Shown: positions 19,932-30,186, counted from the stretch's first letter. The stretch: 64,000 bases of DNA from Oribacterium sp. (GCA_963633065.1 CAVGWH010000012.1:4950-68949), one strand, 5' to 3'. Numbers and translations: made by a program. The notes: generated from the sequence alone by a model not told the origin.

Positions 19932-20005
19932 CACCTCAACCAAAATCCAGCCCACTTGTGTGCCAGTGCCGTCCGTCGCAGATGGCGTGCGAGTCTTCGG
20001 CTGGT

Positions 20006-20126
20006 GCCCGGACCACCGTATCCGCTAAAAACTATCCACAGGACGAAAGAGCCTCCGCCGCACGAAGTGCGCAGCGGAGGCTCTTTCATGTCCGAGGACG
20101 TTTTTAGCGGATACGGTGGTCCGGGC
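20006..20126. repeat. 121-bp nested inverted repeat (MITE/REP-like or large bidirectional terminator)
   Basis: Perfect 27-bp terminal inverted repeats GCCCGGACCACCGTATCCGCTAAAAAC plus an inner 14-bp stem GAAAGAGCCTCCGC/GCGGAGGCTCTTTC. Confidence 0.8.
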
Positions 20127-20140
20127 GGCCTGAGTGGCGT

Positions 20141-21121
20141 TTACTCAGCCATCTGTGCCTGGACGGCGGTGATGGCGACGACGCCCACGATGTCGTCGGC
20201 GGAGCAGCCGCGCGACAGGTCGTTGACCGGCTTGGCGATGCCCTGCAGCACGGGGCCGTATGCCTCGGCCTTGGCGAAACGCTGCACGAGCTTGTAGCCG
20301 ATGTTGCCGGCTTCAAGGTCGGGGAACACCAGTACGTTTGCCTTGCCCGCGACGGATGAGCCCGGGGCCTTGAGCTGCGCTACCTTGGGGACGATGGCGG
20401 CATCGAGCTGAAGGTCGCCATCGATGTGGAGCTCAGGCGCCTTCTCCTTGCAGAAGCTCACGGCTTCCTGCACCTTCTTGGCGACTTCACCACCGGCGGA
20501 GCCCATGGTGGAGTAGGAGAGCATGGCCACGTGCGGCTCAGCGCCGCCCATGAAGGTCTTCCACGAATTGGCGCTGGCGATGGCGATCTCGGAAAGCTCA
20601 TCAGAGGTGGGGGCGATGTTGAGCGCGCAGTCGGCGAAGATCAGCGTGCCGTCGGTGCCGAACTCCTCGGTATCGGTGCACATGATGAAGAAGGCCGAGA
20701 CGAGCTTGGTGCCCGGGGCGGTCTTGAGAATCTGCAGGGCAGGACGCAGCGTATCGGCGGTGGAGTGGCAAGCGCCCGACACCAGGCCGTCGGCGTCGCC
20801 CATCTTCACCATCATGGTGCCGAAATAGGTGTTGTCCATCACCTGGGCACGAGCCTGCTCGATGGTGACGCCCTTCTTGGCGCGCAGCTCAGCGAACTTC
20901 TGGGCGTACTCTTCGTGCTTCTCGGCGCACTTGGGGTCGATGATCGTGGCGCCGGGAACGTCGATCTCATCGGGATTGCCCAAGATCACCAGGTCGGCCA
21001 GATCCTCGGCGATGATCTTGTGCGCGGCCTCGATGGTGCGGGGATCTTCGCCCTCGGGCAACACGATGGTCTTCTTGTTTGCCTTAGCGGTTGACTTCAT
21101 GCGTGTCAGGAAATCGCTCAT
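20141..21121 (-). CDS. pta: Phosphate acetyltransferase
   Basis: IVLPEG, DGLVSGA, MLSYST, DGDLQLDAA, FPDLEAGNIGYK, PVNDLSRG; ATG 21121 with AAGGAG. Confidence 0.95.
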   Translation of the reverse strand: MSDFLTRMKSTAKANKKTIVLPEGEDPRTIEAAHKIIAEDLADLVILGNPDEIDVPGATIIDPKCAEKHEEYAQKFAELRAKKGVTIEQARAQVMDNTYFGTMMVKMGDADGLVSGACHSTADTLRPALQILKTAPGTKLVSAFFIMCTDTEEFGTDGTLIFADCALNIAPTSDELSEIAIASANSWKTFMGGAEPHVAMLSYSTMGSAGGEVAKKVQEAVSFCKEKAPELHIDGDLQLDAAIVPKVAQLKAPGSSVAGKANVLVFPDLEAGNIGYKLVQRFAKAEAYGPVLQGIAKPVNDLSRGCSADDIVGVVAITAVQAQMAE

Positions 21122-21352
21122 GTCTCTCCTTGCGATCCAAACGGCTCTCACCGGTGTTGCACGACACCAAAAACCCGCAGGTAGCGGGCTAAAAATACGG
21201 TGCAACACGTGGTTTGTTGAGCTTTCCTTGTGTGGCAGTGCTCATTATAGGCGCTAAGGCGCTATAATCCCTCTGATACGTTGCCCGCGTAGGCAAAAAT
21301 TTATAGGAAAAGGCTGCTCAGCACGTGTTTAGCCTTTGTTTTAGGAGCATGG

Positions 21353-22555
21353 ATGCAGATTACATCTGGTCTACCCGAGGGGTTCAACCCCAATTCCTAC
21401 GACATGATCGTCGTGGGAGCCGGCTATGCCGGTTCCGTGTGCGCACGGCGTCTTGCCGAAACCATCGGCTATCGTGTCGCGGTACTCGAGCGTCGTCCCC
21501 ATATCGCGGGCAACGCCTACGATTACGAGGGAGAGGCCGGCATCCTGGTCCACCAGTACGGTCCGCATATCTACCACACCTTCAATGAGCGTGTGCACAA
21601 TTTCCTTTCCCGCTTCACCAAGTGGACCGATTATCAGCATAAGGTGCTCGCCAATATCCATGGCACGCTCATGCCCGTTCCTTTCAACCACGCGAGTCTC
21701 AAGCTCGCTTTCGGTGAAGAGCGCGGCGAGGAACTCTATCAGAAACTGGTCGACACCTTTGGGCGCGACGTCAAGGTTCCCATCATGGAGCTCCGTAAAA
21801 AGAACGATCCCGATTTGGCCGAGGTCGCCGATTACGTATATGAGAACGTCTTTCTGCATTACACGATGAAGCAGTGGGGGCAGACGCCCGATCAGATCGA
21901 TCCGTCCATCACCGGACGCGTTCCCGTCTTCATCGGCGATGACGATCGCTATTTCCCACAGGCGCCGTTCCAAGGCATGCCCGAGGATGGCTACACCAAA
22001 CTCTTCGAACGCATGCTGGACCATGATCTCATTGATGTTTTCTGCGATGTCGATGCGCGCCAGATCTTTGAGCTGGGCGACACTACGGTCAAGGTGTGCG
22101 GCAGTGTTTACGGCGGCGAGATCGTCTACACCGGTCCGTTGGACGAGCTTTTCGACCTCGACTTGGGTGCGCTCCCGTATCGTACGCTCGACATGGTGTT
22201 CGAGACGCTCGATCAAGATCAATTCCAACCCGTGGGTACGGTCAACTACACCACGAGCGAGGATTACACGCGCATCACCGAGTTCAAAAACATGACCGGC
22301 CAGGTGGTTCCCGGTAAGACCGTCATCATGAAGGAATACTCCAAGGCCTATACGCCCGGTTCCGGAGAGACGCCTTACTACGCCATCCTCGAGGACGCTA
22401 ACCGCGAGCTGTACGAGCGTTATCTCGAGCGCGTGCAGAACCTCACCAACTTCCATCCCGCGGGTCGCTTGGCGGAGTATCGTTACTACGATATGGATGC
22501 CGTGACCAACTCCGCGCTCGACCTTTCCGATGAGATCATCGCCTGCCATGCATAA
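21353..22555 (+). CDS. glf: UDP-galactopyranose mutase
   Basis: VGAGYAG, HIAGNAYD, HQYGPHIYHT, YT.KQWG, TRITEFK, GRLAEYRYYDMD. Confidence 0.95.
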   Translation: MQITSGLPEGFNPNSYDMIVVGAGYAGSVCARRLAETIGYRVAVLERRPHIAGNAYDYEGEAGILVHQYGPHIYHTFNERVHNFLSRFTKWTDYQHKVLANIHGTLMPVPFNHASLKLAFGEERGEELYQKLVDTFGRDVKVPIMELRKKNDPDLAEVADYVYENVFLHYTMKQWGQTPDQIDPSITGRVPVFIGDDDRYFPQAPFQGMPEDGYTKLFERMLDHDLIDVFCDVDARQIFELGDTTVKVCGSVYGGEIVYTGPLDELFDLDLGALPYRTLDMVFETLDQDQFQPVGTVNYTTSEDYTRITEFKNMTGQVVPGKTVIMKEYSKAYTPGSGETPYYAILEDANRELYERYLERVQNLTNFHPAGRLAEYRYYDMDAVTNSALDLSDEIIACHA

Positions 22556-23579
22556 AGTCATCACGTTCGGAATTCCTTCTTACAACGCCGCAAATGACAT
22601 GGACCACTGCATCACCTCTATTTTGGAGGGCAGTTCCTATGCGGGCGATATCGAGATCATCATCGTCGACGATGGCAGTCGGGACGAGACGGCGCGGAAA
22701 GCCGATGAGTGGGAACAGCGTTATCCGGGCATCGTCCGTGCGCTGCACCAGGAAAACGGCGGCCATGGTATAGCCGTGCTTTCGGGTTTGCGTGAGGCGC
22801 AGGGCACGTACTACAAGGTGGTCGACTCGGACGACTGGCTCGATCCTGATGCGCTTTCGTGCATGCTCTCCATCCTGCGTGGATTTGAAGAGCGTGATAC
22901 GCGCGTTGACCTTTTCATATCCAACTACGTGTACGAGAAGGTATACGAGGGAACGCATACCGCCATCGGCTACAAGTCGGCTCTACCGCGCAAGAGGATC
23001 TTCAGTTGGGACGAGATCGGTCGCTTCCGTCCCGATCAGAATTTGCTCATGCACAGCCTGTGCTATCGAACCGATGTGCTGCGCGAGGCGGAGCTCCCTA
23101 TGCCGCCCCACACGTTCTACGTCGATAATATCTACGCTTACGTTCCTTTGCCGCGGTGCAAGACCATGTACTATGCGGATATCGATCTGTATCGTTATTT
23201 CATCGGGCGAGAAGGCCAGAGCGTCAATGAGGCCACGATGGTCAAGCGTCTCGATCAGCAATTCCGTGTGACGCGCATCATGATGAAAGCGTTCCATTTG
23301 GGTACCGATGTCGAGTCCCCACGTTTGCGTAGCTACATGATGGGTTACTTCACCATGATGATGGCTATCTGCTCGGTCTTCACCAAGCTCTCAGATGAGG
23401 AGGGTGCTGAGGAGCGCCTGCTTGAGCTATGGAGCGACCTCAAAGCCTACGATGTCCAGATGTATCGCCATGCGCGCTATGGTGTGATCGGCCTTTTCAC
23501 TAATTTGCATGGACGCGTGGGCGAGAAGACCACTATCGGCCTATACCATCTGGCAGCTAAGATCTTCAAGTTCAATTAA
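22548..23579 (+). CDS. Glycosyltransferase family 2
   Basis: IPSYN, VDDGSRD, QENGGHG, VVDSDDW, FYVD, YRYFIGREGQS; overlaps the glf stop. Confidence 0.92.
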   Translation: MHKVITFGIPSYNAANDMDHCITSILEGSSYAGDIEIIIVDDGSRDETARKADEWEQRYPGIVRALHQENGGHGIAVLSGLREAQGTYYKVVDSDDWLDPDALSCMLSILRGFEERDTRVDLFISNYVYEKVYEGTHTAIGYKSALPRKRIFSWDEIGRFRPDQNLLMHSLCYRTDVLREAELPMPPHTFYVDNIYAYVPLPRCKTMYYADIDLYRYFIGREGQSVNEATMVKRLDQQFRVTRIMMKAFHLGTDVESPRLRSYMMGYFTMMMAICSVFTKLSDEEGAEERLLELWSDLKAYDVQMYRHARYGVIGLFTNLHGRVGEKTTIGLYHLAAKIFKFN

Positions 23580-23649
23580 AACGGGAGCGATGCGACGTCT
23601 GACACGTTGTTCGATCGTCCTAAAGGCATTTGCTCACATGGGGAAATTA

Positions 23650-23686
23650 CAAGAGGGGTACCGATTTTCGATCGGTACCCCTCTTG
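23650..23686. terminator. Bidirectional hairpin between convergent genes
   Basis: CAAGAGGGGTACCGAT-TTTCG-ATCGGTACCCCTCTTG. Confidence 0.75.
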
Positions 23687-23708
23687 CCGTGTTATCAGTC
23701 GTTACGTG

Positions 23709-24710
23709 CTAATGCCCTAGGCTTGCGTATCCGGGAACACCTAGGAGGGTTTTCGCGGTTTTGCATCCGTCGACGATAGCCGCTTCGAGCGCGCGTGTCG
23801 CGAGAATGCCTAACAGGTCGAGCGGGATGTTGACGTCCGAGCTGAGAGACCCGGATGCGAGCGCATAGATGGTGTCCCCGTCATTGGTGGTGTGTGTGGG
23901 ACGGATCGTGTGCGCATAGGCGTCGGCGGCCATTTGCGACAGCTTGGTGGCTTGTGCTTTGGTAAGCACCGTATTGGTGATGATGCAGCTGATGGTGGTG
24001 TTGGTGCGGTCGAGCGGCATCTGCATGCTTTGTGCTGAGCCGATGGCGGCATCCTCCATGTCGACGATGGTAGCGGAGTCGGCAGCGCTGCGCATACCGG
24101 CTACCCAGGCGCCGGTAGCAGGATCGATGACGTTGCCGCAGGCGTTGACCGAGACGATGGCACCCACTTTGATGGGTCCGAGCTGGTAGGCGGCGGATCC
24201 AAGACCGCCCTTCATGCAGCATTCCATTCCAGCGAGCTTTCCGACGGTGGCACCGGTACCGGCTCCCGCGTTGCCATGGGGGAATGGAGCGTGCGAATCG
24301 AGGGCATCGCATGTGGCGGCACGTCCCGCCTCTATATCGGGGCGAACTCCGGCATCGCCAAAGGCAAGGTCGAAGATGCAGCTCGAGCATACGATGGGTA
24401 CCTGGGTGGGGCCGACCGGCAATCCGATTCCGCGTTTTTCAAGTTCACGGGCCACTCCGGAGGCTGCTTCGAGGCCAAAAGCGGAACCGCCCGAAAGACA
24501 GACGGCGTGCACGCGATCAACGGTGTTTTCGGGGCGCAGCAGGTCGGTCTCGCGCGAGGCGGGAGCCCCTCCGCGCACATCGACGCCGCCTGTGGCCCCA
24601 TCGGGAGCCACGATGACGGTGCATCCGGTACCGGCCTGTGAATCGGTCCAGTTGCCAAGCTTAAATCCCTCGATACTGGAGATATCGATGGCAGTGAGCT
24701 GGGAAGTCAT
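23709..24710 (-). CDS. P1/S58 (DmpA-like) peptidase
   Basis: TGCTVI, VDVRGGAPASRETDLL, LSGGSAFGL, GAGTGA, NTTI, HT..DGDT. Confidence 0.9.
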   Translation of the reverse strand: MTSQLTAIDISSIEGFKLGNWTDSQAGTGCTVIVAPDGATGGVDVRGGAPASRETDLLRPENTVDRVHAVCLSGGSAFGLEAASGVARELEKRGIGLPVGPTQVPIVCSSCIFDLAFGDAGVRPDIEAGRAATCDALDSHAPFPHGNAGAGTGATVGKLAGMECCMKGGLGSAAYQLGPIKVGAIVSVNACGNVIDPATGAWVAGMRSAADSATIVDMEDAAIGSAQSMQMPLDRTNTTISCIITNTVLTKAQATKLSQMAADAYAHTIRPTHTTNDGDTIYALASGSLSSDVNIPLDLLGILATRALEAAIVDGCKTAKTLLGVPGYASLGH

Positions 24711-24719
24711 GGTGCTCCT

Positions 24720-25319
24720 CTATAAGTTCGTTGTTTTCGCGTTGCTGCTTTGCGTGAGGTCGGGGGAGAAAGCGTCGATAGCGCGTTTAAGTCGTGCGAT
24801 GGGAAGGCCGACCACGTTGTAGAAGTCACCCTTGATCGAGCGGACAAGCATGCGACCGCCCTTGCCTTGGATGCCGTAAGCCCCTGCTTTGTCCATGGGC
24901 TCTCCGCTTGCCACGTATGCTTCGATTTCCTCGTCGGTGAGATCGAAGAACGTCACCTCGCTTATCGTGGTAAACGAACGCATCTCTTCGCCTTTAACGA
25001 TGCAGACGCCTGTTGCTACCTGGTGCGAACATCCCGAAAGACGTTTCAGCATAGAAGTGGCTTCGGCTTCGTCGGCAGGCTTCCCGAGCTTCTCTCCATC
25101 GATGGCGACGATGGTGTCGGCTGCGATCACGACCTCGTCCATCTGTGCGACGGTTCGGGCGACGAGTTGCGCTTTGGCAGACGCAAGGCGCTCGACGAGC
25201 TCTAAGGGCGTTTCGTTGGGGAGGGGAGATTCGTCGATATCGGCGGGGACCACGTCAAAGGTATAGCCCGCTTCTTGCATCAGCTCGATGCGACGCGGCG
25301 ATTGCGAGGCAAGGATCAT
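24720..25319 (-). CDS. maf: Maf family nucleoside triphosphate pyrophosphatase
   Basis: ILASQSPRR, AADT, LGKP, DKAGAYGIQG, NVVGLP. Confidence 0.93.
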   Translation of the reverse strand: MILASQSPRRIELMQEAGYTFDVVPADIDESPLPNETPLELVERLASAKAQLVARTVAQMDEVVIAADTIVAIDGEKLGKPADEAEATSMLKRLSGCSHQVATGVCIVKGEEMRSFTTISEVTFFDLTDEEIEAYVASGEPMDKAGAYGIQGKGGRMLVRSIKGDFYNVVGLPIARLKRAIDAFSPDLTQSSNAKTTNL

Positions 25320-25858
25320 AGCTGGATACCCTCGCGTACTTTATCAACGGCTACGTTGCCCGCTATATCGTTGAGAATGGCCAAGGCAAACGGCAGTGCC
25401 TGACCCATGCCCGATGCGGTGATGATGTTGCCGTCGACGGTCACCTTGTCGGCGGTGTAGGCACCCTCGGGGAACGACTTCTCAAAGCCGGGGTAGCATG
25501 TTGCGTGGCGCCCGTTGAGAATACCCAATTCACCGAGGATATACGGTGCCGCACAGATGGCTGCGACGTGCTTGTGGTCAGCGAACTCCGAAACGATCCC
25601 ACAGACACGGTCGTCATCGCGCAGGTTGGTGGCGCCGGGAAGTCCGCCGGGGAGCACCACGTAGTCATAGTCGTCGAAATTGACTTCCTCGAAGGTGGTG
25701 TCGCAGCTGATGGTGATTTGCTGCGAGCTCACGGCCTCGCGCGTCGGCATGATGGAGACGAGAGTGGCGCGCACGCCGCCGCGGCGCAGTACGTCCACGA
25801 CGGTAAGGCATTCGATGGTCTCAAAACCATCGGCTACAAGTACGGCGACGCTGGACAT
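25316..25858 (-). CDS. DJ-1/ThiJ (YajL-like) family protein
   Basis: ADGFE.IE, LPGGLPG, AAICAAP, ATCYPGFE. Confidence 0.92.
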   Translation of the reverse strand: MSSVAVLVADGFETIECLTVVDVLRRGGVRATLVSIMPTREAVSSQQITISCDTTFEEVNFDDYDYVVLPGGLPGATNLRDDDRVCGIVSEFADHKHVAAICAAPYILGELGILNGRHATCYPGFEKSFPEGAYTADKVTVDGNIITASGMGQALPFALAILNDIAGNVAVDKVREGIQL

Positions 25859-25903
25859 GACAGTTCCTTTCGATTGGGTTGCAAAACGATTGCCTTATAC
25901 CCA

Positions 25904-27217
25904 CTAACAACGCGTGAGATGGACCACCGTCTCGCAGTGGAAGGTGTTGGGAAAGAGATCCACGGGCGTAGCGCTCACCGGTCTGAACGTCCCCTCGTCG
26001 CGGAAACGCTTGAGGTCGCGTGCCAAGGTTGCAGGGTCGCAGCTTACGTAGGCTACATCGCGTGCCGAGGTGGACGCGATGAGGTCGATCGCATCGGGGG
26101 CAAGGCCTGCGCGCGGGGGGTCGACTACCAGTACATCGGCATCCATATCCGGGAATTCGCGCACGGCGTCTCCGCCGATCACCTCTACGTTGTGAAGGCA
26201 ATTCTTGTCGAGGTTGCGGCGCAGATCGCGCACGGCGGGGCCGTATGCCTCGACCGCGGCGACGTAATCGCAGCGCCGGGCGAGCGGTAGCGTGAAGGTT
26301 CCCGCTCCGCAGTACAGGTCGATCGCAACCTCATCGGGCTGGGGGTCGAGTGCCTGCATCACCAGGTCGATAAGTATCTCGGCTGCCTTGGTGTTTACTT
26401 GGAAAAACGAGGGTGCGGAAAGATGCATCTTGTTGTCGGCGATGTTCTCGGTCCATGCTCCCTCGCCCGCGAGCAGCTCAACCTTGGAAACACGGCGTGC
26501 CTTTTTCTCGCCCTTGCTCATTACGCGCACGATGCTGGTGGTCTTGATTCCCGACTGGAGGACGCGAGCAACGTGGGCGCGTGGAAAGCCGCCCGTGGGC
26601 GTCCAAAGCGCCACCTCGAGGGCTTTGGTGCGACGCGATGCGCGAATGCCCACACGCTCGAGTGAGAGATCATGTGAGTTGCCCAAGAAGCCAAGGGCGC
26701 CGCTCACCGCTTTGACGGCGTTTGGAAAGCTCTTTTCAAAGAGGGGACAAGTGTCCACGCGCACGATCTGCTTGGGGTCGCGTCCGTGCATGCCTAAGCA
26801 GAAGCGCCCGTTTTGCATCGAGGGCGCCAGCTCGATCTTGTTGCGGTACCCCCAGGCGTCTTTGGTGGCACGAATGGGTTTGACCATCTCGCAGATGGCA
26901 TCGTCGCCGAACTTTCCGATGCGCTTGAGCGCGGAGCGTAGGTTCTCCTCTTTGGCGGCAAGTTGCGCCTCGCGCGAGAGACCGCCCCAAGGACAGCCGC
27001 CGCACACGTCCACGAAGGGGCAGGGTGCGGTTTCGCGCTGGGGGGAGGGGTCGATTACCGCTGTGGCTTTAGCGCGAGAGAACGAGGGGCCGTCTTCTGT
27101 GAGCTGCGCCTCGACGGTATCGCCGACAAGGCCTCCTTCGACAAAGACGGCCTTTCCGTCCTCGGCGTGCGCGAGGCCGTCCGGTCCGTACATCATCGAT
27201 TCGATCGTGAGTCTCAT
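25904..27217 (-). CDS. rlmD: RlmD/TrmA-type RNA uracil-C5 methyltransferase
   Basis: TRAM domain, CPF...CGGC Fe-S motif, YRNK, SFFQVN, DLYCGAG, VDPPRAG, YVSCDPATLARD, DLFP.T.HCE. Confidence 0.88.
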   Translation of the reverse strand: MRLTIESMMYGPDGLAHAEDGKAVFVEGGLVGDTVEAQLTEDGPSFSRAKATAVIDPSPQRETAPCPFVDVCGGCPWGGLSREAQLAAKEENLRSALKRIGKFGDDAICEMVKPIRATKDAWGYRNKIELAPSMQNGRFCLGMHGRDPKQIVRVDTCPLFEKSFPNAVKAVSGALGFLGNSHDLSLERVGIRASRRTKALEVALWTPTGGFPRAHVARVLQSGIKTTSIVRVMSKGEKKARRVSKVELLAGEGAWTENIADNKMHLSAPSFFQVNTKAAEILIDLVMQALDPQPDEVAIDLYCGAGTFTLPLARRCDYVAAVEAYGPAVRDLRRNLDKNCLHNVEVIGGDAVREFPDMDADVLVVDPPRAGLAPDAIDLIASTSARDVAYVSCDPATLARDLKRFRDEGTFRPVSATPVDLFPNTFHCETVVHLTRC

Positions 27218-27240
27218 GTTCGACTGTCCCTTTTCCCTGT

Positions 27241-29670
27241 CTATTTGGTCTTGCCGGTCACAAGCGTCTTGATGCCCAGCCCGATGAGACCTAAGCCCAT
27301 CTTCAGGCGGCCCGGCTTGCGCTTGGCAAGCGGCTGCCTGGTTGTGGCTTTTGAGGCGGGACGGGCGTGGGCGGGGCCGGGCGCTGCGTGCTTTTTGCCG
27401 GTTGAGGTTGCGGAAGGGGCATCCGTTGCCGTATTTGCAGCCTCTTCACCATTGTGCTCGATAAGCGTCGGTGTTACGGGAATCTCCTTAGATTGCCCAG
27501 GCTTTTCTTCGGGCTGTACGGGACCGGGCGGTACGGGTGCAGATGCTTCCGCCTCCTCGGCCATGCGATAGGCGCGTTCGAGCAGATACTCCTGCGAGTT
27601 GAAGGGTGCCTCGTTCGGTGTGCGCTCGATAGCGGCCCAGGTCCCATCGCTTGTGAGGGTGCGGGCTTTCACGTTGTCGCGCAGCTGCGCCTGCATGTAC
27701 TCCTTCACGAGGGCGCGGCACGAAGGGTCGAGCACAGGATAGGCGATCTCGACACGGTGCTCGGTATTGCGCGTCATCATGTCGGCGCTCGACAGATAGA
27801 TCATGTCGGCATCGATGCCGAAGGCGTAAACGCGCGCGTGTTCGAGGAAGCGCCCGACGATGCTGCGCACGTGCACGTTTTCGGTCTTACCGGGAATACC
27901 CGGCTTGAGGCAGGAGATCCCGCGGATGATCATATCGACCGTCACGCCCGCGCGCGAGGCCTCGGCGATCTTGTCGATAACCTCACGGTCGGTAAGCGAG
28001 TTGAGTTTGAAGAACACGCGTGCCGGCTCGCCTGCGAGGGCGCGGTCGATCTCGCGATCGAGTCCGCGCATGATGAGCGGTTTGAGGCCGGCGGGGGCGA
28101 CGCCCAGGTAACGATAGTCGCCCTTGAGGTTTCCCAAAGTGAGGTTGCGGAAAAAGAGGTTGGCGTCTTCGCCGATGCCCGGATGCGCGGTCATGAGCAT
28201 GAAGTCGGAGTAGAGTTTCGCGGTCTTCTCGTTGAAGTTGCCCGTGCCGAGCAACGTGATGCGGGTGAGCGCCATTCCCTCACGATACGTGAGCTGACAT
28301 ATCTTGGAATGGCACTTAAAGCCCTCGGAACCGTAGATGACGGTGCAGCCCGCCTCTTCAAGACGTTCGGCCCATTCGATGTTGTTCTGTTCGTCGAAGC
28401 GAGCGCGGAGCTCCATGAGCACCGTCACTTCCTTGCCCGCCTCGGCGGCATCTATCAGGCTCTCGCATAGGCGACTTTGCTTGGCCACGCGGTAAAGCGT
28501 GATGCGCAACGAGATGCAGTCGGGGTCGATGGATGCCTCATGCACCAAGTTCAGGAACGGGTTCATCGATTCGTAAGGGTAGAACAGCAGCTTGTCGCCT
28601 TCGAGCACCTGTTCACGCATGCTGCGATCGGCATCGATCGTCGGGTTGGGCTGAGGGCGGAAGGGATCAAACAGAAGCTCTTTGCGCATAGGTTCGGGAA
28701 GGCGGTTCTCGATGCCGAAGATATAGCCCATGTCGAGAGGCACATCGCAGGTGAGTACGGATTTGCCGCGGAGGCCCAGGGCCTTGCGGATGGTTTTGAG
28801 CGTGTGGCGCTCAAGCGCACCCGATACGGCGAGTATCACCGGCTTCAGACGCAGACGCTTCTTGAGCATCTTCTTCATGTGCAGGCGATAGTCCTCTTCC
28901 TCCTCCACGCCCTCGCCATCTGGGTCGATATCGGCGTTGCGAGTCACGCGGATCAACGCGCGATCGAGAGGACGGTAGCTGCCGAAGCAGCTGTCAAGGC
29001 ACGTGAGGATGACGTCCTCGAGCAGAATATAGTTGTAGGTGCCGTCCTCGCTCGGCATCTCTACCGCGCGATGCATCGAGGCGGGGATCTCGATCAAGCC
29101 CAATAGGCTCTCTTCGTCCGTGCCGCCGTCAAGTGCGCACACAAGGTACAAAGCGCCGTTGCGCAGATTGGGGAAGGGGTGGCGCGGGTCTATAACCAAA
29201 GGCGAGATGACCGGCGATACGTATGCTTGGAAGTAGCGCTCCACGAATATGCGCTCTTCGGGTGTAAGGGAGTCGTTTCGCGCGCGGTGCACCCCATGGG
29301 TCTCCAGATCGCGCTCGAGTGTGTGGAAGATGCTTCCCCAGCGATCCATGAACGCGGGCATTTCGGCCAACACCAGATCGACCTGTTCGGCGGGCGTGAG
29401 GTTCGATTTGTTGTCGGCCGGCTGGTGCTTCAGCATGGCCAGATCGGAGAGACCGCCTATGCGAACCATAAAGAACTCGATGAGGTTGGATTCAAAGATC
29501 GAGGCGAATTTGAGGCGCTCGAACAGGGGGACCGATGGGTCAGCGGCTTCATCGAGCACACGATTGTCGAAACGCAACCAGCTAAGTTCACGGTTCTGTG
29601 TATAGGAGAAATCGCGAACCTTTTTAGAAGAGGTCTGGTTGCCGTTCTTTTTGTTGCTCTTCAGTGACAT
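27241..29670 (-). CDS. ppk1: Polyphosphate kinase 1
   Basis: NRELSWL.F..RVL, SNL.EFFMVR, HPFP, ELRARFDE.NNI, GTGNFNEKTA, SIVGRFLEH, SSADMM.RN. Confidence 0.95.
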   Translation of the reverse strand: MSLKSNKKNGNQTSSKKVRDFSYTQNRELSWLRFDNRVLDEAADPSVPLFERLKFASIFESNLIEFFMVRIGGLSDLAMLKHQPADNKSNLTPAEQVDLVLAEMPAFMDRWGSIFHTLERDLETHGVHRARNDSLTPEERIFVERYFQAYVSPVISPLVIDPRHPFPNLRNGALYLVCALDGGTDEESLLGLIEIPASMHRAVEMPSEDGTYNYILLEDVILTCLDSCFGSYRPLDRALIRVTRNADIDPDGEGVEEEEDYRLHMKKMLKKRLRLKPVILAVSGALERHTLKTIRKALGLRGKSVLTCDVPLDMGYIFGIENRLPEPMRKELLFDPFRPQPNPTIDADRSMREQVLEGDKLLFYPYESMNPFLNLVHEASIDPDCISLRITLYRVAKQSRLCESLIDAAEAGKEVTVLMELRARFDEQNNIEWAERLEEAGCTVIYGSEGFKCHSKICQLTYREGMALTRITLLGTGNFNEKTAKLYSDFMLMTAHPGIGEDANLFFRNLTLGNLKGDYRYLGVAPAGLKPLIMRGLDREIDRALAGEPARVFFKLNSLTDREVIDKIAEASRAGVTVDMIIRGISCLKPGIPGKTENVHVRSIVGRFLEHARVYAFGIDADMIYLSSADMMTRNTEHRVEIAYPVLDPSCRALVKEYMQAQLRDNVKARTLTSDGTWAAIERTPNEAPFNSQEYLLERAYRMAEEAEASAPVPPGPVQPEEKPGQSKEIPVTPTLIEHNGEEAANTATDAPSATSTGKKHAAPGPAHARPASKATTRQPLAKRKPGRLKMGLGLIGLGIKTLVTGKTK

Positions 29671-30157
29671 ATGATTTCAGCATCCTTTCGTTTGCGGGGC
29701 CGTGCGGTAACCTCTGCGGGGGCTAACCTTGAGGCCCTGCCGTATGCATCTCTCTAATGTATACGTTGATGGGTCCGAATACGACGCGAATGCGAAGCCT
29801 TTAACAAGTACTTACGTGTGCCTCCGCGCATGGAGACGGGCGCGGTATTCACGGCGTCCGGCAAACGGTAGGAATTGAGTCGTAGGCGGTAACAGAATGG
29901 TAATAAAGTTGAATAGAACAAAGAAAGTTTTGAATATTTGCAAAATGATTGACCCGATAGCCAAAGATGAAGAAATATACATAACCAAAGCAAAAATATA
30001 CAGAAATGAAAGTATTATTTTGGATTAGTTTCAGATCAGATGAGATAGAGAAATAACGTTTACGCACGTAAAAGCACTTTAATTAACGACAGTATTTCGT
30101 TGTGTTTTATCGGTGATATACCGTTCACCTTTGCATAAAGGCCGTTTGGCAGGTGCC

Positions 30158-30186
30158 TGGATAGCAAGAGTGAAAATGGATATAAC
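30158..30186 (+). promoter_or_regulatory. Putative sigma70-type promoter of the arc operon, downstream of an AT-rich tract
   Basis: TGGATA-17 nt-TATAAC. Confidence 0.45.

Noticed and set aside
17595..19955. 786-aa antisense ORF over both ackA genes, and similar long shadow ORFs over fbp, glf, DUF1846, pyrG, murF, murC and ftsZ
   Set aside because: Mirror frames of well-supported genes produced by high-GC codon bias; no recognisable motifs
29754..30067. Small ORFs in the AT-rich spacer
   Set aside because: No RBS, atypical composition and no motifs
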